From assembly GCA_965218695.1 (NCBI GenBank), contig OZ244651.1, positions 1,280,001-1,344,000 on the forward strand: DNA of 64,000 nucleotides. The letters are read 5' to 3'. Within the stretch, counting starts at the first letter, position 1. Each line of letters begins with the position of its first letter. The position numbers and the translations under genes were made by a program. The DNA comes from Nitrosopumilus sp. (lineage in GTDB: Archaea; Thermoproteota; Nitrososphaeria; Nitrososphaerales; Nitrosopumilaceae). A model generated the notes under the pieces. It was not told where the DNA came from. It saw nothing but the letters and a program-made list of their open reading frames with translations, and did no database searches. Shown here piece by piece: positions 57,497 to 64,000 of the stretch.

Positions 57497-57946
57497 CTAA
57501 CGGTATGACTTTTGTTTTCTTCTTCTGGCCCCGGGCCCGCCAAACTTCTTTGGTTCCTTCTGCCTGGCATCCCCGCTGATCAGATACTTGTCAAAATCAG
57601 TTATCCTTCTTCTCAGATCCTCCCTGGTGGATCTTGGGAACGGATGATCCCTTGGATCCTTTTTGGACTTTGTCCAGCCCACAAGCGCCCTTGAGATTCC
57701 CGTTGCGATTGCACCTGCCTGCCCCATGAAGCCTCCGCCCCTGACCCTCACTGATACGTCAATCCTGTTTCTCAGGTCGCCTAGTATCTCCAGCGGAGCC
57801 ATGACGACCTCGCGGGCAGTCTCCTGTGGAATCATCTCCACCGGGACATTGTTGATGCGGACTCTTCCCTGTCCTTTTGTAATGTATACCCGTGCGCTGG
57901 CAGTCTTTCTGGTTGCAAAATAAATCTCGGTCTTTGGAACGGTCAT
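57497..57946 (-). CDS. rps9: Ribosomal protein S9
   Basis: RGGGFMGQA, EPKKFGGPGARRRKQKSYR. Confidence 0.96.
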   Translation of the reverse strand: MTVPKTEIYFATRKTASARVYITKGQGRVRINNVPVEMIPQETAREVVMAPLEILGDLRNRIDVSVRVRGGGFMGQAGAIATGISRALVGWTKSKKDPRDHPFPRSTREDLRRRITDFDKYLISGDARQKEPKKFGGPGARRRKQKSYR

Positions 57947-58416
57947 TCAGTCCACCCTATCACCCTGCACAGCTGTGCCATCGTGACATACTGTGATGCG
58001 GCTCTTTTAATTTTTGCCTTTTCAAACTGGATCTTCTTGAGAGACCTTATCTCCTTTGGTGATCCGATGTATGCCCTGAGCCTCTTGTGCGCCTCCTTGC
58101 CTGAAGGCTTTCTGTCATGGGGGAGCATCCCACGAATCATCTTGGTGATTATCGTGTCCGGTCTGCGGTAATGAACCGGACCGTGTTTTGGGTTGATTAT
58201 GCTGTTGATCTCCAAAAACTCCCTGTACTCCTGAATGATGTTTGCCCTGGTTCCGCTGATCATGATCCTTTCACAGTTTATCAGGGAAACCCTGTTGCCC
58301 TTGAGGAGCAGCTTTGCGACATGCGATGCAAGCCTTCCTGCTATGTGATCCGTCGTATCGACGACTATGGGCCTGTCGGTTCTTACTACCTGCTGCTGCT
58401 GCTCCTGGCTAGCCAA
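57943..58416 (-). CDS. rpl13: Ribosomal protein L13
   Basis: IAGRLASHVAK, IRGMLP. Confidence 0.95.
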   Translation of the reverse strand: MASQEQQQQVVRTDRPIVVDTTDHIAGRLASHVAKLLLKGNRVSLINCERIMISGTRANIIQEYREFLEINSIINPKHGPVHYRRPDTIITKMIRGMLPHDRKPSGKEAHKRLRAYIGSPKEIRSLKKIQFEKAKIKRAASQYVTMAQLCRVIGWTE

Positions 58417-58756
58417 GCAGTACCACCCCCCTTCCTGTGGGATTCTGCTCGATGAGTTCCGAATATCCGATCAACTTCCCTCCGCTGCCCGTTATCTTGT
58501 CTGCTGCGGTGCGCGATATGGCAAACGAGAACAGCGTGATGTCGTGGGGCATGCTGCCTGTGCCGAGGACCTTTCCTGGAAACACCACCGTGTCGCCTTT
58601 CTTTGTAAGCTGGCCGATCCTGTTGACGTTGATGTCCCTTCTTGCTATGGACGGCTTTAGCGCGTACTCTGCCAGTTTTGCCCAGATTGGGGCATCGTTG
58701 GCAGCCGAGGCCTTTCTTAAATTTCTGGCCATGTGCACCACTACTTGATTTGTCAT
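58409..58756 (-). CDS. rpl18e: Ribosomal protein L18e
   Basis: APIW, VVFPGKVLGTG, NPTG. Confidence 0.93.
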   Translation of the reverse strand: MTNQVVVHMARNLRKASAANDAPIWAKLAEYALKPSIARRDINVNRIGQLTKKGDTVVFPGKVLGTGSMPHDITLFSFAISRTAADKITGSGGKLIGYSELIEQNPTGRGVVLLG

Positions 58757-58809
58757 GTGAATAAGCGGTCTATAACCCAAATATAACATGTATGATCTGC
58801 ATGCCCAGA

Positions 58810-59448
58810 TTATGCCTCGATCTTGTCCAGCATCTCCCTGAACTCGCCCAGCCTGCTCTTGACTTCGTCAATTCCCGCAAGGATGATCTGCTCGGGTTCG
58901 AGCGTCCCCGTAGACTCTACTGTGAGGATCTTTTCATCAGCACTGTCTGCGTCGATCAAAGTCGCGATGTTTGCCGAGTTCCACTTGGCATGCTCTGTTC
59001 CGCGTCCCAGCATGGCATGGCACTCGACCTTTATCTTCTGGCCCGGGGCAAGATCCACTATGGGGATCTTGTCTGAGATTGGCTTTATGACGTCGTCCTC
59101 AGAGGACAGCTCGTCTGAGAAGATGGTTCTTGTAACATCGGATTCCCCAGAATCCAGATACAGCATGACTGAGCAGTTGGAGCACCCCTTTTCACTGTTG
59201 CAGTCGCACTCTGCTCGTTCATTGAATCTGTGCAGATCGGTCCTTATCGGCATAAGTCCAAGTCTGTGTGCAAGACCTTCGTCTGGGAGCACCGATGAGT
59301 TCTCTATTATGTCCACATCGCTGATTGCAAACACCGGAATGCCGTTGAGACATATGCGTCTTAGGGCATTTGCGTACTGGAGGGGAACTCCGCTGAGCTT
59401 TACAGAAATTTTATGGCTATCTTTTTTAACTATCTCCAAGGATGACAA
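58810..59448 (-). CDS. rpoD: DNA-directed RNA polymerase subunit D (Rpo3)
   Basis: YANALRR, NSSVLPDEGLAHRLG, GRGTEHAKW. Confidence 0.94.
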   Translation of the reverse strand: MSSLEIVKKDSHKISVKLSGVPLQYANALRRICLNGIPVFAISDVDIIENSSVLPDEGLAHRLGLMPIRTDLHRFNERAECDCNSEKGCSNCSVMLYLDSGESDVTRTIFSDELSSEDDVIKPISDKIPIVDLAPGQKIKVECHAMLGRGTEHAKWNSANIATLIDADSADEKILTVESTGTLEPEQIILAGIDEVKSRLGEFREMLDKIEA

Positions 59449-59504
59449 GTCTTGAAAAAGCTGTCCCAAGTCCAAATAAATAGCTAGCGAGCAGGCGGCC
59501 GCGT

Positions 59505-59563
59505 GTAACTGTTTGGGTTCGATGTCTGCAACGTTGTGGAATTAGGCGAGCCCGACCCCTTAC
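59505..59563. mobile_element. 59-bp MITE-like element, second diverged copy of the 25702 family
   Basis: Starts GTAACTGTTTGGGTTC (14/16 to the 25702 copy), ends GCGAGCCCGACCCCTTAC; degenerate 9-bp DR CGGCCGCGT / AGGCCGTGC (6/9). Confidence 0.55.
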
Positions 59564-59626
59564 AGGCCGTGCCCTTTGCATGTAATTCCAATAGATAAAT
59601 ACCCAGCAATCATACGTGTCTTAGAA

Positions 59627-60313
59627 ATGGCAGATGTTACGGTGGTTAGGTACTCCTTTGAAGGTGAAAAGTTTGAGATTCTGGTAAAGCCTGATCCCGC
59701 CCTTGACTACCGGCTGGGCCGGAAGAAGGAGATCTCCTCTGTCCTGGTGTCTGATGAGATCTATTCTAACTCCGGAAAGGGCACAAAGCCCTCCATGGAG
59801 AAGCTCCTAAACGCCTTCAAGACAGAGGATGCCTCTGAAATAGCAAGAATAATCCTCCAAAAGGGGGATCTGAATCTTACAACCGATCAACGGCGTAAGA
59901 TGATCGATGAGAAGAGGAGGCAGATCATAGGATTCATCGCCAAGACGTATGTGGATCCCAGGACCCATCTTCCACACCCGGCATTGAGAATCGAGCAGGC
60001 CATGAAGGACGGCCGCATCTCGATTGATCCGCAGCGTAGCGTGGACGAGCAGGTAAAGGATATCGTTGAGAGACTGCGCTCGATAATCGCGCTAAAGTCT
60101 GAAAGCCTGCGGCTGGAGATCCTCGTTCCTGCCCAGTACGCGGCCCAGTCGTATGCGGTACTAAAATCCGTGGGATCTCTGCAAAAGGAGGAATGGCAGA
60201 ACAACGGTTCGCTAAAAGCAATACTTGAAATACCAGCTGGAGCAAGGCCAAATGTGATAGATAGATTGGGTTCCATAACCAGAGGATCCGCGGCAGTCGA
60301 GGTAATCCAATGA
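59627..60313 (+). CDS. sdo1: Ribosome maturation factor SBDS/Sdo1
   Basis: GEKFEILV, LTTDQRR, DPRTHLPHP. Confidence 0.93.
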   Translation: MADVTVVRYSFEGEKFEILVKPDPALDYRLGRKKEISSVLVSDEIYSNSGKGTKPSMEKLLNAFKTEDASEIARIILQKGDLNLTTDQRRKMIDEKRRQIIGFIAKTYVDPRTHLPHPALRIEQAMKDGRISIDPQRSVDEQVKDIVERLRSIIALKSESLRLEILVPAQYAAQSYAVLKSVGSLQKEEWQNNGSLKAILEIPAGARPNVIDRLGSITRGSAAVEVIQ

Positions 60314-60987
60314 ACAGGCGAAGATACGTGATTCCAGGCGATGTTGTCACCACCGGACCGTTCAGGCCCGAGCAGAACGTGATACTTGACGGAAAAAACA
60401 TAATCTCCACTGCAGTCGGGATCTCCGAGATTTATGACGACTCTGCAAAGGTCATCCCGCTGACTGGCAAGTATATTCCAAAGATTAACGATCTTGTCAT
60501 CGGCAAGATACTCTCCCACACGTCGCTGTCATGGGAGCTTGACATCAACTCGTGCTATGTGGGATTTCTGCCTGCACAGGATGTCTTTGGACGGGACTTT
60601 TCTGCACATGCCGACGAGCTCTCCTCGAGACTCAGTGCCGGGGATCTGGTGGCTGCCAGAATAGCAAACTTTGATAGGACCCGGGATCCGCTGGTGACTG
60701 TGTCTGACCGGGATCTGGGCAAGATTGACTCTGGTGACTTGGTCACGATATCCCCCAGCAAGATTCCAAGACTGATCGGAAAGAAGGGCGCCATGATTCA
60801 GGCCATAGAGCTTGCAACCGACGCTGCAGTGACGATAGGCCAGAACGGCTGGGTTGTCGTATCCTGTGATACTCCCCATGGCTTATTAAAGGCTAAAAGG
60901 GCCATCCAAATGGTAGATGAAAACGCACATGTTGCCAATTTGGCTGATCAGGTAAAAAAGATGCTGGAATCAAAGGGTGAATCATAA
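60310..60987 (+). CDS. rrp4: Exosome RNA-binding subunit Rrp4
   Basis: YIPKINDLVIG, S1 and KH domains (PRLIGKKG, GQNG). Confidence 0.93.
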   Translation: MNRRRYVIPGDVVTTGPFRPEQNVILDGKNIISTAVGISEIYDDSAKVIPLTGKYIPKINDLVIGKILSHTSLSWELDINSCYVGFLPAQDVFGRDFSAHADELSSRLSAGDLVAARIANFDRTRDPLVTVSDRDLGKIDSGDLVTISPSKIPRLIGKKGAMIQAIELATDAAVTIGQNGWVVVSCDTPHGLLKAKRAIQMVDENAHVANLADQVKKMLESKGES

Positions 60988-61721
60988 TGGGTGGAAGAGA
61001 TGCAAAGTTAGTACTGTTAGACGAGAACGGTATTCGTTGTGACGGCAGAAAGGTCGACGAGCCCAGGCGAATAATGATAAAGGCCGGCGGACTAAAGAAT
61101 GCAGACGGTTCGGCATACATTGAATTTGGCGACAACAAGATCGTAGTGGGCGTCTTTGGTCCACGGGACGTGCATCCAAAACACTTGTCCAATACGGATA
61201 CCGGAATACTGCGCGTCAGGTATCACATGGAACCGTTCTCAGTAGATGAGCGAAAGAATCCAGCCCCTTCCAGACGTGAAATTGAGATATCAAAGGTGAT
61301 CAAGGAGGCCCTGGCGCCTGCAGTAATTCTGGAAAAATTCCCACGAACCGCAGTTGATGTGTTTATTGAGGTACTTCAGGCAGACGGCGGAACAAGGTGC
61401 GCGGCCCTCTCTGCGGCCTCGGTCGCACTGGCAGATGCCGGAATTCCTATGAGGGACATGGTGGCTGCATGCGCTGCAGGCAAGGTGGCAGACACTGTAA
61501 TCCTTGATGTCAATAATGAAGAAGACCAGGCCGGGCAGGCTGACATGCCAATCGGCTACATGCCAAACATGAAAAAGATTACCCTCCTGCAACTGGACGG
61601 CATCATGACTCCAGAAGAGTACAAAAAATGCGTGGAAGTGGGAATTGAGGGATGCAAGATAGTGTATGATCTGCAAAAGAAGGCGCTACACAACAAATAC
61701 TTTGAAGGGGACAGGAAATGA
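60987..61721 (+). CDS. rrp41: Exosome exonuclease Rrp41
   Basis: DGSAYIE, PSRREIE, QADGGTR. Confidence 0.95.
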   Translation: MGGRDAKLVLLDENGIRCDGRKVDEPRRIMIKAGGLKNADGSAYIEFGDNKIVVGVFGPRDVHPKHLSNTDTGILRVRYHMEPFSVDERKNPAPSRREIEISKVIKEALAPAVILEKFPRTAVDVFIEVLQADGGTRCAALSAASVALADAGIPMRDMVAACAAGKVADTVILDVNNEEDQAGQADMPIGYMPNMKKITLLQLDGIMTPEEYKKCVEVGIEGCKIVYDLQKKALHNKYFEGDRK

Positions 61722-62530
61722 CATCTGCAATAATCAACGATCTAAAACGGGTGCAGATTCTTGATCTTCTGGCACATGGCAAGAGAGCCGACGGAAGAGC
61801 CTTCGAGGAGCCAAGAAAGATAACCGTACAGGTAAACGCAATTCCCAAGGCAAACGGTTCGGCCCGCGTACTGCTTGGGGAGACCGAGGTGGTCTGCGGA
61901 ATAAAGATTCAACCGGACAGGCCGTTTCCTGACACAGGCGACAAGGGAATCTTCATCTGTACTGCAGAACTGCTGCCTCTTTCGCACCCCACAGTAGAGA
62001 CCGGCCCGCCGGGACCCGACGTAATAGAACTGGCAAGGGTGGTAGACCGGGGAATACGGGAGAGCCACATGGTGGACGTCTCCCAGCTGGTAATAAAGGC
62101 CAACAAGTCCGTAGTGGGCGTCTTTGCAGACAACGTGGTGGTAGACTATGACGGAAACCTGTTTGATGCATGCTCTTATGCTGCCACTGCAGCCCTGCTC
62201 TCATCCAAGATGCCCACGTGGAACATGGTGGATGACATCCCCACGCTAGTAGAGGGCGAGGAGTCGCCCGTGCCTGTCACGACCATACCTGTCTCTGTAA
62301 CCATGGGCAAGATTGGAGATCACATCATAGTCGATCCAAATGCAGACGAGTGGAGCTGCATGGATGCCAGGATAACCATTGCCAGCAACTCTGACGGAAA
62401 CATCTGCGCACTCCAAAAGGGCGGAGCCGACGGATTCACCCAGGACGAGATAGTCCGGTGCGGTGAGATATCTGTCCGGGTGGGAGCAAAGATACGCGAG
62501 CAGCTCAAGGAATCCGCACAGGGGGCCTGA
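61718..62530 (+). CDS. rrp42: Exosome subunit Rrp42
   Basis: RADGR, PFPDT, ELARVVDRGIRES. Confidence 0.95.
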   Translation: MTSAIINDLKRVQILDLLAHGKRADGRAFEEPRKITVQVNAIPKANGSARVLLGETEVVCGIKIQPDRPFPDTGDKGIFICTAELLPLSHPTVETGPPGPDVIELARVVDRGIRESHMVDVSQLVIKANKSVVGVFADNVVVDYDGNLFDACSYAATAALLSSKMPTWNMVDDIPTLVEGEESPVPVTTIPVSVTMGKIGDHIIVDPNADEWSCMDARITIASNSDGNICALQKGGADGFTQDEIVRCGEISVRVGAKIREQLKESAQGA

Positions 62531-62531
62531 G

Positions 62532-62744
62532 ATGGCAAAGGCAAAAAAGTCACTCAAGGGCCTTGGCGCAAGGTACGGCATCAAACTGCGAAAACAGTAC
62601 ACAAAGATCCATCTCCAGCTAAAAGAGAAGAGAACCTGCCCCGAATGCGGCTCCAAGACGTTTGGCCGGGACGCCGTGGGGATATGGTCATGTAAAAAAT
62701 GCAACCTCAAGATAGCCGGAACCGCATATGACATCAAGCTTTAG
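62532..62744 (+). CDS. rpl37ae: Ribosomal protein L37ae
   Basis: GARYGIKLRK, CPECG, GIWSCKKC. Confidence 0.93.
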   Translation: MAKAKKSLKGLGARYGIKLRKQYTKIHLQLKEKRTCPECGSKTFGRDAVGIWSCKKCNLKIAGTAYDIKL

Positions 62745-63006
62745 CGCAAGAATTACCGTCGATGCAGGGGACAAGACAGGCGCCATCTTTGACTCCGTTG
62801 GGATCGACAACAAGTTTTATCCTGAGAATCCTGTCAAAACCAGCATCCGGATGAATGATGGTAATGATGATGATGATGGTGATGGTGATGATGCAATCCT
62901 TATCCGTGTAGAGTCTGAACATCTTGCACACCTGAGGGCAAACCTCAACTCCACGCTACGCCTCATCCAGGCATGCCATGACTCGATAGAATCGGTAAAG
63001 ATATAA
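62728..63006 (+). CDS. pcc1: KEOPS subunit Pcc1 with Asp-rich insertion
   Basis: LRANLNSTLRLI motif; position between rpl37ae and pfdB. Confidence 0.8.
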   Translation: MTSSFSARITVDAGDKTGAIFDSVGIDNKFYPENPVKTSIRMNDGNDDDDGDGDDAILIRVESEHLAHLRANLNSTLRLIQACHDSIESVKI

Positions 63007-63032
63007 CGAAACAAGGTTTCAGGATAGTAACC

Positions 63033-63425
63033 ATGTCATCAAGACAGATGCCTCCGTGGCTTCAGGAACAGATAACCAAGATGCAGCAGTCCCAGCAGAA
63101 CCTGCAGTCGGTCATGACCCAGAGACAGCACCTTGAGATGGAAAGGGCTGAAACGACAAAGGCGCTAGAGGAGCTACAACGGGCAAGCGATGACGATGCC
63201 GTCTTTAAACACGTGGGAACTGTCATGATACGATCAACAAGAAAGGATCTAATCGATGATCTCGAGGAGAAGCAGGTCATGGCAAAGACGCGCATGACGG
63301 TGCTTGAAAAGCAGGAGACGCGCCTCAAGGAGACCCTCAAGGAGCAAGAGGCACACATTACCCAGATGATGAAGAGCGGCGGCAACCCCCCGAATGCGCC
63401 TCCCTCTGATAGTTCCAGGCGGTAG
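63033..63425 (+). CDS. pfdB: Prefoldin beta subunit
   Basis: MPPWLQEQ, VFKHVGTVMI, coiled coils. Confidence 0.92.
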   Translation: MSSRQMPPWLQEQITKMQQSQQNLQSVMTQRQHLEMERAETTKALEELQRASDDDAVFKHVGTVMIRSTRKDLIDDLEEKQVMAKTRMTVLEKQETRLKETLKEQEAHITQMMKSGGNPPNAPPSDSSRR

Positions 63426-63474
63426 CCTGGCGTGTACATGGCTTGATATACCCGCAGTCACGCATGTACCAGTA

Positions 63475-64000
63475 ATGAACCTGGCAGGCCTTCGAATCGT
63501 CGCAGATGAGAGGGAGAAGAAGAGCGGAATTCCTGATCTTCTCAAGTCGATTGGCCTGAGCGTAGAGACAAAGACGCTCCTGGTAGGGGACTACATCGTT
63601 GCATCCGAGACTGTCGTGGAGCGAAAGAGCATCCGTGACCTGATGTCATCCGTATTTGACGGAAGGCTGTTTGATCAATGCTCCAGGCTCAAGGAGCACT
63701 TTGAATACCCTGTTGTCCTCATGGAGGGAAACGTAGACGAGATTGATGAGATCACAGACAACCCGATGATATTCTACGGCGCCCTGTCCACCGTCGCGCT
63801 TGATTTTAGGATTCCCGTAATCCCGACTTCCAGCGCGGCCCACACGGCCAAACTGCTAGTCTCCATGTGCTCCAGAAGAGAGCCTGCCAAGGGGCCATAC
63901 CTCAAGAAGATCAAAAAGTCCGCCGATCTTGAAAAGCAGCAGCTGTCCGTTCTCTGCAGCCTTCCGGGGGTGGGTGAAAAGTTTGCAGTAAGGATGCTTG
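63475..64000 (+). CDS. XPF/ERCC4-family endonuclease, 5' part (runs off window end)
   Basis: Hand translation RIVADERE, VGDYIV, VERKS..DL, GRLFDQ, HhH start LPGVG. Confidence 0.88.
   Translation, partial: MNLAGLRIVADEREKKSGIPDLLKSIGLSVETKTLLVGDYIVASETVVERKSIRDLMSSVFDGRLFDQCSRLKEHFEYPVVLMEGNVDEIDEITDNPMIFYGALSTVALDFRIPVIPTSSAAHTAKLLVSMCSRREPAKGPYLKKIKKSADLEKQQLSVLCSLPGVGEKFAVRML

Overview
Core-genome window of an ammonia-oxidising thaumarchaeon (Nitrosopumilaceae-like). It carries ribosomal protein clusters, leuS/alaS, secE-spt5-rpl11, rpl1/10/12, pckA, sod, ftsY, argF, rpl18-rps5-rpl30-rpl15-secY-adk-cmk-cbf5, an intron-containing tRNA-Ser(GGA), OFOR alpha/beta, cofE, two LeuC/D-type pairs, rpoD-rpl18e-rpl13-rps9 and the exosome operon. 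Eight apparently intact insertion sequences interrupt it: four ISH3, one IS5, one IS481, one IS6 and one IS66, totalling about 10.9 kb or 17% of the window. All are intergenic and have readable IRs and target duplications, and there are also two ~60-bp GTAA...TTAC mini-elements. The most striking pattern is that three different ISH3-family elements, with different IRs and different 5-bp targets, each end their target duplication exactly 11 nt upstream of the TATAA core of a putative housekeeping-gene promoter. This suggests promoter (TBP/TFB)-directed transposition. Also notable are four IS elements stacked into a ~25-bp site and an IS6 element with very long IRs and an AbrB-like passenger gene. 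All calls come from reading the sequence; no searches were run.
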